In this document: one piece after another, positions 17,838-28,036 of the stretch
How the letters are laid out: each line of letters opens with the position of its first letter
How positions within the stretch are numbered: the stretch's first letter is position 1
Assembly: GCA_963727505.1 (NCBI GenBank)
Contig: CAVSGP010000003.1
Location: 1 to 43,983, forward strand
DNA length: 43,983 nt
Source of the DNA: an uncultured Trueperaceae bacterium
GTDB taxonomy: Bacteria; Deinococcota; Deinococci; Deinococcales; Trueperaceae
Direction: 5' to 3'
The notes under the pieces: generated by a model
The model's database searches: none
What the model was told of the DNA's origin: nothing
What the model saw: only the letters and a program-made list of their open reading frames with translations
Position numbers and translations under genes: made by a program

Positions 17838-18613
17838 GACCGACCTCCCGAGGCGTCGTGCGCGGTCCCGCGCGCGGCGTCGTCCGCCGCGTCGTCCGCG
17901 GCGTCCTCCGCCGTGTCCTCGACCGTGTCCTCCAACGTGTCCTCCAACGCGTCCTCCAGTGCGTCCTCCATGACCGCCACCGGCCCGTCCGTCGCGACCG
18001 GGACCGGCGTGGCGGCCCGCACCTCCTCGACCGAAACTCCGCGCGCGCGCTCCCGGAGCACCAGGCCGTCCGCGGTGACCGTGAACAGGCCCAGCTCGGT
18101 GACGATCGCGCTGGCGGCGCGCGGCGCCGTGAGGGGCAGGTCGCAACGCTCCACGATCTTCGGCGTGCCGTCGCGGGTGCGGTGGCGCGTCAGCACGACG
18201 GTGCGCCGCGCCTTGGCGGCCAGCTCCATGCTGCCGCCCATGCCGGGGCTGGGGCCGCCCGGAGCCTTCCAACTGGCGATGTCGCCGCGGCCGCTCACCT
18301 GCATGGTGCCGAGCACCGCCGTGCCGAGACGCCCGCTGCGCACCAGCGCGAAGGCCAGCGCACTGTCGAAGGTGGCGGTCTCCGGCACGCGCGAGATCGG
18401 CTCGCCGCCCGCGTTGATGAGGTCGACGTCCTCCTCGCCCGCGGGCGGGCGCGGCCCGATGCCGGCAACGCCGTCCTCGGCGAACAGCACCACCCGCCGC
18501 CGGGGCGGGATGTAGTTGCCGACCAGCGTGGGCAGCCCGATGCCGAGGGCGACCAGCTCGCCGTCCTCGAGCAGCAGCGCCGCCCGCCGCGCGATCAGCT
18601 CACGTGGGTCCAC
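17834..18613 (-). CDS. 3-oxoacid CoA-transferase subunit B (YodR-like) with an acidic repeat tail
   Basis: LGIGLPT, FAEDG (catalytic Glu position), PGMGGSMELAAKA, CDLPLT, IVTEL. Confidence 0.88.
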   Translation of the reverse strand: MDPRELIARRAALLLEDGELVALGIGLPTLVGNYIPPRRRVVLFAEDGVAGIGPRPPAGEEDVDLINAGGEPISRVPETATFDSALAFALVRSGRLGTAVLGTMQVSGRGDIASWKAPGGPSPGMGGSMELAAKARRTVVLTRHRTRDGTPKIVERCDLPLTAPRAASAIVTELGLFTVTADGLVLRERARGVSVEEVRAATPVPVATDGPVAVMEDALEDALEDTLEDTVEDTAEDAADDAADDAARGTAHDASGGRS

Positions 18614-18647
18614 GACGGGGCCTCCTTCCCGCTCACGACTTCGGCGC

Positions 18648-19364
18648 TCACGTCTTCGGGGCCGGGACGCCGGCGGGCACCGGGCTGCCCGGCACCAGGT
18701 AGTCGACGAAGGCCCCTGGGATGTGGACGCTGTCGGGGTCGAGCTCGCCGGCCGGCACCAGGGTGCGGACCTCGGCGATGACCACGTCGGCCGCCATGGC
18801 GACCAGGGGGTTGAAGTTGCGTGCCGTGCCGCGGAACACCAGGTTGCCGTAGGCGTCGCCGACGTCGGCCAGCACGATGCCGAGCGGCGCGCGGATGGCG
18901 GGCTCGAGCAGGTAGGGGCGGCCGTCCATCTCGACGATGCGCTTGCCCTCCTCGACCTCGGTGCCGGTCCCCACGTCGATCAGGATGCCGCCGAGACCGG
19001 CGCCGCCGGCGCGGATCTGCTCGGCCAGCGTGCCCTGCGGCACGAAGGTCACCTGCAAGCGGCCCTCGTTCATCTGGGTTACGGCGATGGGGTTGGAGCC
19101 GATATGCGAGACCACGGCGCGCTCCACCTGTCCGGCGCGGATCAGCCGCCCCACCCCGTGCGAAGGGTAGCCGGCATCGTTGCCGATGATGTTCAGGCGC
19201 CGGAAGCCGGCCGCCACCAGCGCGTCGATGAGCAGCGGCGGCGTGCCGATGCTCCCGAACCCCCCGAACAGCAGGGTGGCGCCGTCGGCGAACAGCCCCA
19301 TGGCCGCCTCGGCGTCGATGATCTTGCCGTGACTCCCGCTCCCCTGCAGCTGCGCAGCCGCCAT
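18648..19364 (-). CDS. 3-oxoacid CoA-transferase subunit A (YodS-like)
   Basis: LFGGFG, NDAG, SHIGSNP, PQGTLAEQIRAGGAGLGG, TARNFNPLVAMAA. Confidence 0.92.
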   Translation of the reverse strand: MAAAQLQGSGSHGKIIDAEAAMGLFADGATLLFGGFGSIGTPPLLIDALVAAGFRRLNIIGNDAGYPSHGVGRLIRAGQVERAVVSHIGSNPIAVTQMNEGRLQVTFVPQGTLAEQIRAGGAGLGGILIDVGTGTEVEEGKRIVEMDGRPYLLEPAIRAPLGIVLADVGDAYGNLVFRGTARNFNPLVAMAADVVIAEVRTLVPAGELDPDSVHIPGAFVDYLVPGSPVPAGVPAPKT

Positions 19365-19398
19365 GCGCTACGCCTCCTCCCCCGTCACGCGTTCCCTG

Positions 19399-20877
19399 TC
19401 ATGCATCGCCTACCGCCAGGCGATCGTACGCGTCGCGCCAGGGGCGCGCCCGCTCGAAAGCGGCGCTGGCGGCGAGCACGCGCGCGTCCTCGAAGCGACG
19501 GCCGATGAGCTGCAGGCCCACCGGAAGGCCCTCCGGCGTGGTGCCGGCGGGGATCGAGGCCGCCGGGTGCCCGGTGAAGTTGATCGGGTAGGTGAGGCAC
19601 CACCCGATGAAGGGATCGACGCGCTGCCCCTCCACCTCATCGGGGCCGCGCGTCGTGCCGTCGGCGGCGTTGTCGATGCCGGCGACCGACAGGGTGGGCG
19701 TCACCAGCAGGTCGTGATGGTCGAAGACGTCCTGCAGAGAATCGAAGACCTCGGTCCGGAGCACGTCGTCGAGCCGGTAGTCCACGGCAGCGACCCCGCG
19801 CCCGCGCTCGAGCTTGTGGCGGTAGTCGGGGTCGAGCTCGCCGGCGAGCTCGCCCAGCAGGTCCACACCCGCCCGGGCCATCGACACCGCCGACTCGACC
19901 GCGCGCACGGCGCTGGTGCGCGTCCACATGTCGGCCAGCTCCTGGTGCGGGCGCGTCCAGGCGAGGTCGATGCGCTCGACATGCATGCCGAGCTCCTCCA
20001 GCGCGCCCAGCGCGCGCTCGACCGCCGCGCGCACCCGCGGCTCGACGGGGAACCCCCCGAAGTCGGGGCTGTAGGCCACCCGCATCCCGGCAACCGGAGC
20101 GCGCGTGGCGGCGACCAGGTCGTCGCCCAGATCGGGCAGGCTGAGCGGGTCGCGAGGGTCGGGCCCCACCATCGTTTGCAGCATGAGCGCGGCGTCCTCG
20201 ACCGTGCGCGTCAACGGCCCGCTGTGGGCGTAGGGGGTATGGAGCAGGAAGCCGTCCGGGCGGGCGGCGACCGGCACCCGCCCGAACGTCGCCTTGAAGC
20301 CGTAGACCCCGCACAGCGCGGCGGGGATGCGGATCGAGCCTCCGCCGTCGGAGCCCTCGCCCAGCGGCGCGAGACCGGCCGCCACGGCGGCGGCGCTGCC
20401 GCCCGACGAGCCGCCGGCGTTCTTGCCGGGCGCGAAGGGGGTGCTGGTGGGGCCGAACAGGCGGTTGTCGGTGGTGCCCTTGTAGCCGAACTCGGGGGTG
20501 TTGGTCTTACCCAGAGCGATCGCTCCCGCCGCCTCGAGCCGCGCCACGGGCGTCGACGTGACGGCGGCGACGTGGTCGCGGAAGGGCAGCGAGCCGTAGG
20601 TGGTGCGCACGCCCGCCTTGGTCTCGAACAGGTCCTTGAGGGCGAAGGGCACGCCGTGCAACGGGCCCAGCGCGTCGCCGCGCATCACCGCCCGCTCGGC
20701 GTCGCGCGCGGCCTCGAGCGCGGCCTCGGCGAGCACCGTGACGTAGGCGTTGATCGAAGGGTTGCGCCGCTCGATCGCTGCGAGGTGTGCCTGAACGACC
20801 TCCACGGGCGAGATGCGGCGCGTCCTCATGGCGAGCGCGAGCTCGCCGGCGGAAGAGGTGAGGGGGGTGGGGTCCAA
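19399..20877 (-). CDS. Amidase-signature family amidase
   Basis: PLHGVPFALKD, GKTNTPEFG, GGSSGGSAAAVAAG, GSDGGGSIRIPA (Lys-cisSer-Ser triad). Confidence 0.93.
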   Translation of the reverse strand: MDPTPLTSSAGELALAMRTRRISPVEVVQAHLAAIERRNPSINAYVTVLAEAALEAARDAERAVMRGDALGPLHGVPFALKDLFETKAGVRTTYGSLPFRDHVAAVTSTPVARLEAAGAIALGKTNTPEFGYKGTTDNRLFGPTSTPFAPGKNAGGSSGGSAAAVAAGLAPLGEGSDGGGSIRIPAALCGVYGFKATFGRVPVAARPDGFLLHTPYAHSGPLTRTVEDAALMLQTMVGPDPRDPLSLPDLGDDLVAATRAPVAGMRVAYSPDFGGFPVEPRVRAAVERALGALEELGMHVERIDLAWTRPHQELADMWTRTSAVRAVESAVSMARAGVDLLGELAGELDPDYRHKLERGRGVAAVDYRLDDVLRTEVFDSLQDVFDHHDLLVTPTLSVAGIDNAADGTTRGPDEVEGQRVDPFIGWCLTYPINFTGHPAASIPAGTTPEGLPVGLQLIGRRFEDARVLAASAAFERARPWRDAYDRLAVGDA

Positions 20878-20949
20878 ACGAGGCTCCGTTTTCGTGGGCG
20901 TGCCGCGCCGGCCCGCAGCGAACGCGCGGGACCGGGCGCGGACCGGGGC

Positions 20950-21725
<776 letters not shown>

Positions 21726-21729
<4 letters not shown>

Positions 21730-22499
21730 GCGTCCCCCTCGTCATCGTCCGCGGAAGCGGCCTGCAGCCGGGCCATGGGGCGCCCGCGGCGTCTACGGAT
21801 GGGGTCGGCGACGACCTCCAGATAGCTGAACAGGAAGCTGCCGACCATGGATAGCGCAAGATAGATGACCGCCGCGGCGGCCCACATCATGGCGGGCTGG
21901 TAGTTGTAGGAGATGGCCCGCTCGGTACTGAGGGTGAGCTCCACCACGCTGATGGTGGACGCCAGCGAGGAGTCCTTGAGGAGCGCCAGGGCGTAGTTTC
22001 CGAAGGGCGGGATCATCAGCCGGACCGCGGGCGGGATGATCACGAAGCGCATGATGTCGCGCCCGCCCAGGCCGAGACTGGCCGCCGCCTCCGCCTGGCC
22101 CTTGTGGATCGACTCGATGCCGGCGCGGATCACCTCGGATAGGTAAGCGCCGTACCCCAGCGACAGCGCCAGCACCGCGGCCGCGAACGGGGTGAGGTGT
22201 GGGGGGAGCATGACGCTCCCCCCGCTGAGGGGCTCGAACACCAGCCGGTTCAGCCAGGCGAAGATCTGCGGCGTCGCGAAGTAGGCGAAGAAGATCTGCA
22301 CCAGCGCCGGCGTGCCGCGGAACAGCTCGACGTAGAACCTCGCCACCCCCTTGACCACCACGTTCCCGGAGCGCCGCATGAGCGCGGCGACCAGCCCGAA
22401 GAGCAGCGCCAGACCGTAGGTCAGCACGCTGAGCTCGACGCTCAGGACGGCGCCCTTCAACAGGGCGTGGAGGATGGCGGGGGTGACGACGTTGCCCAT
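21726..22499 (-). CDS. Polar amino acid ABC transporter permease
   Basis: [37 protein letters not shown]. Confidence 0.94.
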
Positions 22500-22525
22500 G
22501 CTCTAGCAGGTCCCTCCGGTCACGC

Positions 22526-22561
22526 GGTGGTGACTACTTGGTGGTGACTACTTGGTGGTGA
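22526..22561. repeat. 14-bp tandem repeat GGTGGTGACTACTT x2.6 duplicating the SBP stop codon
   Basis: Read directly; the real stop (CTA) is at 22548-22550 and its copy at 22534-22536. Confidence 0.85.
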
Positions 22562-23348
22562 TCGGCATATCGAAGCAGCGCGAAACGATGTCCTGATTGA
22601 ACCACTTCATGCTGATCTGCTTGAGCGTCCCGTTGTTGTTCAGCTCGACGAGCGCCTTGTTCAGGGCGGCCTTGAGGTCGGTGTTCTGCTTGGCGACCGT
22701 GACGTTGGCCAGGTCGATGTAGAGCAGGTCGCCGACGGGCTTCAAGGGGGCGCCCTGGGTGATGGCGTAGGAGCCCACTGCCAGATCGGTCACCAGGCCG
22801 CCGACGATGCCCGACTGCACGGCCTGGATGCCGGTGGGGTCGTCCTTGTAGGTCTTGAAGTCATAGCCGTTCTTGGTGAGCCAGCCCTCGTAGGTGGTGC
22901 CGAGCGCGACGGCCACCGGCTGCTTCATCTGGCTGATGTCGGTGACGTTGGAGCTCTTGGGAACGAAGAGCTGTGCGCCGCCGCAGTGGTACGGGTGGTC
23001 GAGATAGTCGACCGCCGTCGCTCGCTGCGGGGTGTACGCCTGGCTGGCCACGGCGACATCGAAGATGCCGGACTGGACGCCCTGGACGATGGTGGAGAAC
23101 TCGGCGGCGTCGACGCGAGCGGTGACCCCGAGCTGCTTGGCCAGCGCCTTGGCGACGTCGGCGTCGTAGCCGACGAGCTGCTGGTCGGCGTTGAAGAGGC
23201 TGAACGGCGGGTAGCCGCCCGACATGACCAGGATCATGTAGCCGCGCTTCTGGATCGTGGCCAGGTCCGCCGCGCTGGCGATGCCACCTACCAGGAGCAC
23301 CGCTGCCAGCACGGCTCCGAATACGATCTTCATGCGTGCACGTGTCAT
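22548..23348 (-). CDS. Polar amino acid ABC substrate-binding protein (family 3)
   Basis: Signal peptide, YPPFS, GYDADVA, GTTYE, ISMKWF; RBS GGAGG before ATG 23348. Confidence 0.9.
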   Translation of the reverse strand: MTRARMKIVFGAVLAAVLLVGGIASAADLATIQKRGYMILVMSGGYPPFSLFNADQQLVGYDADVAKALAKQLGVTARVDAAEFSTIVQGVQSGIFDVAVASQAYTPQRATAVDYLDHPYHCGGAQLFVPKSSNVTDISQMKQPVAVALGTTYEGWLTKNGYDFKTYKDDPTGIQAVQSGIVGGLVTDLAVGSYAITQGAPLKPVGDLLYIDLANVTVAKQNTDLKAALNKALVELNNNGTLKQISMKWFNQDIVSRCFDMPITTK

Positions 23349-23406
23349 TCCTACCTCCATACCGGAGCCTTGCTCTCCAGCATTGCTCCCACGAAAGGGT
23401 GGCCGG

Positions 23407-24774
23407 TCAGGTGCGTTGCGGCGCCGGCGTGCCGAGCTCGTGCTCGAGCGCACTCAGGGCACCGTCCACCATTCCGACCAGGGCATCGACTTCCGCCGCG
23501 TCGATGGTGAGCGGCGGAGCGATCATCACGGCGTCCCCAGCGCCCTCCAGGGCGCCGGCGGCCGGGTAGATGAGCAGCCCCCGTTCGAACGCGTGGCGCA
23601 CCAGGCGCCCCGTGACGTTCGCTTCGGGGGGGAAAGGGGCGAGCGACCCGTCGGCCACGAGCTCGAGCCCGACCAGGAGGCCGAGGCCGCGCACGTCGCC
23701 GAGGACGGGGTGGCGCGCCGCGAGGGTCTTCAGGGCGTTCATGAGCTGCTCGCCGCGCTCGCGCGCGTTCCCGACCAGGTCGTGGTTCTCCACGTAATCG
23801 AGGACGGCCAGCGCGGTGGCGGCGGACAGCGGGTTGAAACTCAGGGTATGGCCGTAGAGGACGGAGCCGGAGCCCCGCCGGATCGGCTCCATCAGCTCGT
23901 CGGTCGCGACGACCGCCGCGACGGGGGTGTAGCCGGCGCCGAGGCCCTTGCCGAGCACCAGCAGGTCCGGGACGACCCCGTAGTGCTCCACGGCGAACAT
24001 GGCGCCGGTGCGCCCCATCCCCGTCATGACCTCGTCGGCGATGAAGAGGACGTCGTTGGCGTCGCAGATGGCGCGGATCTTCGCGTAGTACTCGGGCGGC
24101 GGCGTGATGGCGGCGCCGCTGGCGCCCACCACGGGCTCGGCGATGAAGGCGGCGACGTTGTCGGCGCCCAGCGCGTCGATGCGCGCCTGCAGATCGTCGG
24201 CGCACGCCACCGCGCACGACGGGTACGCGAGCCCCAGGGGGCAGCGCAGGCAGTAGGGGGTGGCGACCTGCGCGTCCTTGGCCAGCAGCGCCTCGAAGCG
24301 CGAGCGCCGCAGCACGTGGCCGGACATCGACAGCGCCCCCAGCGTGACGCCGTGGTAGCTGATGCGCCTGGACAGCACGTGCGTCTTCTCCGGCCGCCCG
24401 CGCTCCTGCCAGTGCTGCAGGGCCATCTTCGCGGCCAGCTCGGTGGCCTCGCTGCCGCTGTTGACCAGGAACAGCCAGCGCAGGCTGCCCGGCGCCAGCG
24501 CACCGAGGCGCTCGGCCAGCGCGTCGGACGGGCGGTTGCCGAACTGCGAGCGGAACGCGAAGGTGAGCGTCTCGGCCTGCGCGCGCATGGCCTCCAGCAC
24601 CTCCGGCACGCCGTGCCCGATGTTGGTGTTGACGGCGCCGGAGCAGCCGTCGAGGTAGCGGCGTCCCCCCTCGTCGTAGAGGTAGAGCCCTTCGCCCCGC
24701 ACCGCGGTGGGCGGAGCAGCCTCGACCAACGGGTGGATGACGTAGCCGGAACGATCCGGCGCGCCGACGCTCAT
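23407..24774 (-). CDS. Class-III PLP aminotransferase, YodT-like
   Basis: YLDGCSGAV..NIGHG, FAFRSQF, VNSGSEA, SYHGVTLGALS, AEPVVGASGAAITPPP, ADEVMTGMGRTG, LGKGLGAGY. Confidence 0.9.
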   Translation of the reverse strand: MSVGAPDRSGYVIHPLVEAAPPTAVRGEGLYLYDEGGRRYLDGCSGAVNTNIGHGVPEVLEAMRAQAETLTFAFRSQFGNRPSDALAERLGALAPGSLRWLFLVNSGSEATELAAKMALQHWQERGRPEKTHVLSRRISYHGVTLGALSMSGHVLRRSRFEALLAKDAQVATPYCLRCPLGLAYPSCAVACADDLQARIDALGADNVAAFIAEPVVGASGAAITPPPEYYAKIRAICDANDVLFIADEVMTGMGRTGAMFAVEHYGVVPDLLVLGKGLGAGYTPVAAVVATDELMEPIRRGSGSVLYGHTLSFNPLSAATALAVLDYVENHDLVGNARERGEQLMNALKTLAARHPVLGDVRGLGLLVGLELVADGSLAPFPPEANVTGRLVRHAFERGLLIYPAAGALEGAGDAVMIAPPLTIDAAEVDALVGMVDGALSALEHELGTPAPQRT

Positions 24775-24778
24775 CGCC

Positions 24779-26089
24779 TCACCCCAGGGCCCCTTCGGCC
24801 CGCACCGCTTCGAACGCATCGGCGAGGATCGCGAAGGCACGCTCGAGCTCGTCGTCCTCGACCGAGAGCGGGACCAGCACACGCAGCACATTGCCGTCCC
24901 GGCCCGCCTTGAGCAGCAGCAGGCCACGCCGGCGCGCCTCAGCGATGACGCGCTCGGTGAGCGCGGCGCCGCGGCGCACGCCATCCTCGCCGGGAACGAT
25001 CAGCTCCGCGGCCACCATGGCGCCGAGCCCGCGGACCTCCACGATGACGTCGTGCTCGGCCTTCAGCGCCTCGAAGCGTTCGAAGAGGGCCGTCCCCAGG
25101 GCGCCGGCGCGCTCCAGCAGGCCGGTCTGCTCGAAGACGTCGAGCACGGCCAGCGCCGCGGCGCACGCCAGCGGGTTGCCGCCGTAGGTGCCGCCGAGGC
25201 CGCCCGGATCGGGAGCGTCCATGACGTCGGCGCGGCCGATCACACCCGACAGCGGGAGCCCGCCGGCGAGGCTCTTGGCCACCGTGATGAGGTCGGGCAC
25301 GACGCCGCTGTGCTCGATCGCGAAGAGGCGGCCGGTGCGCCCGAAGCCGCTCTGGATCTCGTCGGCGATCAACAGCATGCCGTGGCGCTCGGTGAGCTCC
25401 CGAAGGGCGCGCAGGAAGGCGAAGGGGGCGGGTACGAAGCCGCCCTCGCCCAGCACCGGCTCGATGAGGACGGCGGCGACCCGCTCGGGCGCCACCTGGC
25501 TGGCGAGCACGTCGTCGAGCGCGCGCAGGGCGTCGTCGACGCTCCAACCGCGCAACGGGTAGGGGAACGGCGCGTGGAACACGTCGGGCGCGAACGGCCC
25601 GAAGTTCTGCTGATAGGGGTTGGTCTTGCCGGTGAGCGTCATGCCCAGCAGCGTGCGCCCGTGGAAGCTGCCGCTGAACGCCAGGATGCCGGAGCGGCCG
25701 GTAGCGGCCCGTGCGATCTTGACGGCGTTCTCGACGGCCTCGACGCCGGTCGTGAGCAGCAGCGTCTTCTTGGGCGCCGCGCCCGGCGCCAGCGCGTTGA
25801 GGCGCTCGGCGAGCCGTACGTAGGGCTCGTAGATGGCGACCTGCGCCGAAGTGTGGCTGAAGCGCTCGAGCTGCGCCTGCACCGCGTTGGTCACCCGCTC
25901 GTTGGCGTGACCGATGTTCATGACGCCGATGCCACCCGTGAAGTCGATGTACTCGGCGCCGTCCACGTCCCACAGGCGCGCGCCCTTGGCCCGTGCCGGG
26001 AAGATCGGGTGTGCCGTGGCCAGCCCTCGTGGGACGTTGTTGTCCCGGACCCGGCCCAGAAGTACATTACGGGATTCAGCGGACTCCAC
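24779..26089 (-). CDS. gabT: 4-aminobutyrate (GABA) aminotransferase
   Basis: IDFTGGIGVMNIGH, EAVENAVKIAR, FHGRT, EPVLGEGGF, DEIQSGFGRTG, AKSLAGGLPLS, GGTYGGNP. Start probably GTG 26089, because the ORF-finder GTG at 26125 sits inside the -10 box. Confidence 0.88.
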   Translation of the reverse strand: MESAESRNVLLGRVRDNNVPRGLATAHPIFPARAKGARLWDVDGAEYIDFTGGIGVMNIGHANERVTNAVQAQLERFSHTSAQVAIYEPYVRLAERLNALAPGAAPKKTLLLTTGVEAVENAVKIARAATGRSGILAFSGSFHGRTLLGMTLTGKTNPYQQNFGPFAPDVFHAPFPYPLRGWSVDDALRALDDVLASQVAPERVAAVLIEPVLGEGGFVPAPFAFLRALRELTERHGMLLIADEIQSGFGRTGRLFAIEHSGVVPDLITVAKSLAGGLPLSGVIGRADVMDAPDPGGLGGTYGGNPLACAAALAVLDVFEQTGLLERAGALGTALFERFEALKAEHDVIVEVRGLGAMVAAELIVPGEDGVRRGAALTERVIAEARRRGLLLLKAGRDGNVLRVLVPLSVEDDELERAFAILADAFEAVRAEGALG

Positions 26090-26123
26090 CGCGACCCAGC
26101 GCCCCTTTCCTGTTGGACGGCTC

Positions 26124-26200
26124 ACCCTACCCCAGGAAGCTGCGGGGTGCTACGGATTCGACTCACAATTGCCCTAGTCGCTTTTGTCCTCCAGTGACAA
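26124..26200 (-). promoter_or_regulatory. Putative PucR-family operator TTGTC-N7-GACAA plus TTGTG half-site and TAGGGT -10 for the gabT operon
   Basis: Palindrome 26184-26200, half-site 26168-26164, -10 at 26129-26124. Confidence 0.6.
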
Positions 26201-27907
26201 GATCTCGGCGGCGAGCTGCAGCTCGAAGCGCATCCCCGGCTCGGAGAGGTCGGCGCGAAGCGCCTGGGACACGCGCTCGAGCCGGTAGCGCACGGTGTTG
26301 ACGTGCACCCCCAGCTCCGCGGCGGCGCGCTTCGCCTCGAAGCCGGTACGCGACCAGGCCACCAGCGTGGCGACCAACCGCGGCCCGCCGCGCAGCGCGC
26401 GCACGGGACCGAACACCTCGTCGAGAAGCGCGGCGCGGGCGTCGGCGTCGCCGAGCAGCACCCGCGGCACCAGCCAGGCCTCGTAGAGCAGCACCCGCCG
26501 GGGCTCCAGGTGGGGGAGCAGCGAGCGCGCCTCCCGGAAGCTGAGCTCGATGCCCTGCACCCCGTTGCGGGCGCGGCCCCACACCATCCCCACGGACGCG
26601 TCGACGTGCCCCACCTCCAGCGCGCGCGGGTCGAGGTCCTCCTCCAGCAGCACGCTCACCTCGTTGAGGGACACCGACAGGAAGGGGGTGCCCCCCAGGT
26701 CGGCGATGCGGCGCCCCAGGCGATCGGCGAGCTGCTCCCGGCGCAGGAAGTCCTCGCGCGACAGGGGCAGCGACACGTCGTGCAACACCGCGATCCCGAC
26801 GCGATAGCTGCGCTCCCACTCGAAGCCGTTCAGGCGGGCGCGCTCCAGGTTCTGGGGGGTGGGCTCGAGCCGTCCCTCCAGCAACGAGTCGAGGAAGGCG
26901 TAACCGAGCCGCGACTCGAGCTGCGCCAACGTCTGCTGGTGAGCGATGTGCAGCGCCACCACGGTGGCGGCGTGCTCGGCGGCGCGGAGGTCGAGCTCCC
27001 CGACCGGACTGTCCCCCTCGATCACCCACACCAGCCCCACCAGCTCGCCGCTCACCCGGATAGGGCAGGCGACGCGGGCCGACAGCTCCAACTCGGGCAG
27101 CGCCGGCACGCGCACGGGATCCTTCTGGGTGCGCAGCCTCTGCAGGTAGCCCAACCGCTCGAGCTCGGCCATGACGTCGGGGGGCGTGACCCCCTCGCTG
27201 AGGGTGGAGGCGCGCACGCGGTCGCGCACGCGGTCGCGCACCCGCCCTGCGCCCGCGCCGGCCTCGCCCGCACCTGCCCCGCCCGCACCGGCCTCGGGCG
27301 CACCGGCCTCGCCCGCACCTGCCTCGGGCGCACCGGGTCCGGGCGCACCGGGCTCGGCGGGCAGGTAGGAGGCGGCGTAGAGCTGGCCGGTCGGGCTCTC
27401 GAAGGTCACGTCGCGCTGGATCAGCTCGCTCAGGACGTTGGCGATCTGCTGCAGGCTGGAGGCCTGGACGGCGGCCTGGGTGAGCGCGCGGTGGATGGCC
27501 TCGGAGCGCTCGATCACCCGGTGCTGCTCGGCCAGCAGCGCCCGCTGCGCCTCCTCGGTGATGCGCGCGAAGGGGATCTCCCAGGGCAACTCCAGCACCG
27601 GCAGCGCAAGCGCGTCGGCTTCGGCCACGACGGTCGGCGGCACCTCGCTGAAGAACTGCGGCACCGCCAGCGCCAGCGCTGCCAGGCCGTGTTCGTCGAG
27701 CGAGCGCACGAACCGGCGCTGCCCCTCGACGTCGCGCGGCCAGGCGTAGCCGGTGCTCAGCAGGAGCTGCCCCGGCTGCAGCCACTCGTGAGGGTCCGGG
27801 ATGTCGACCACGCCGGCCCAGCGCACCTCGCGGTCGACGCCCGCACGGCCGGCCACCAGACGGGCCCGGCCCAGCAGCGGCAGCGTCATCAACTCGGACA
27901 TGCGCAC
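26174..27907 (-). CDS. PucR-family transcriptional regulator
   Basis: N-terminal PucR sensing domain (VAGRAGVDREVRW, WLQPGQLLLSTG) and C-terminal HTH (AAAELGVHVNTVRYRLER); internal Gly/Ala repeat insertion. Confidence 0.92.
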   Translation of the reverse strand: MRMSELMTLPLLGRARLVAGRAGVDREVRWAGVVDIPDPHEWLQPGQLLLSTGYAWPRDVEGQRRFVRSLDEHGLAALALAVPQFFSEVPPTVVAEADALALPVLELPWEIPFARITEEAQRALLAEQHRVIERSEAIHRALTQAAVQASSLQQIANVLSELIQRDVTFESPTGQLYAASYLPAEPGAPGPGAPEAGAGEAGAPEAGAGGAGAGEAGAGAGRVRDRVRDRVRASTLSEGVTPPDVMAELERLGYLQRLRTQKDPVRVPALPELELSARVACPIRVSGELVGLVWVIEGDSPVGELDLRAAEHAATVVALHIAHQQTLAQLESRLGYAFLDSLLEGRLEPTPQNLERARLNGFEWERSYRVGIAVLHDVSLPLSREDFLRREQLADRLGRRIADLGGTPFLSVSLNEVSVLLEEDLDPRALEVGHVDASVGMVWGRARNGVQGIELSFREARSLLPHLEPRRVLLYEAWLVPRVLLGDADARAALLDEVFGPVRALRGGPRLVATLVAWSRTGFEAKRAAAELGVHVNTVRYRLERVSQALRADLSEPGMRFELQLAAEILSLEDKSD

Positions 27908-28036
27908 GATGCCGTCAGCCTACCCTCCGGCGGGTCTACGCGACCGGGGCGTTCCTCCCCTTGGGACGTTCTTCCTTTCGGACGGCCGAGCGTTTACCGT
28001 AGCGTCGGAGCGAAGGAAGCACGAGAGGGAAGCATC

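Noticed and set aside
16554..18272. 572-aa deacylase ORF with a long N-terminal extension, suggesting a frameshift or fusion
   Set aside because: The extension is an alternate frame of CoA-transferase B; the ATGA overlap at 17834-17837 shows ordinary translational coupling.
26303..28036. 1003-aa ORF suggesting a giant CoA-transferase fusion
   Set aside because: The first 578 codons are mostly the antisense shadow of the PucR gene; the real start has an RBS at 28037.
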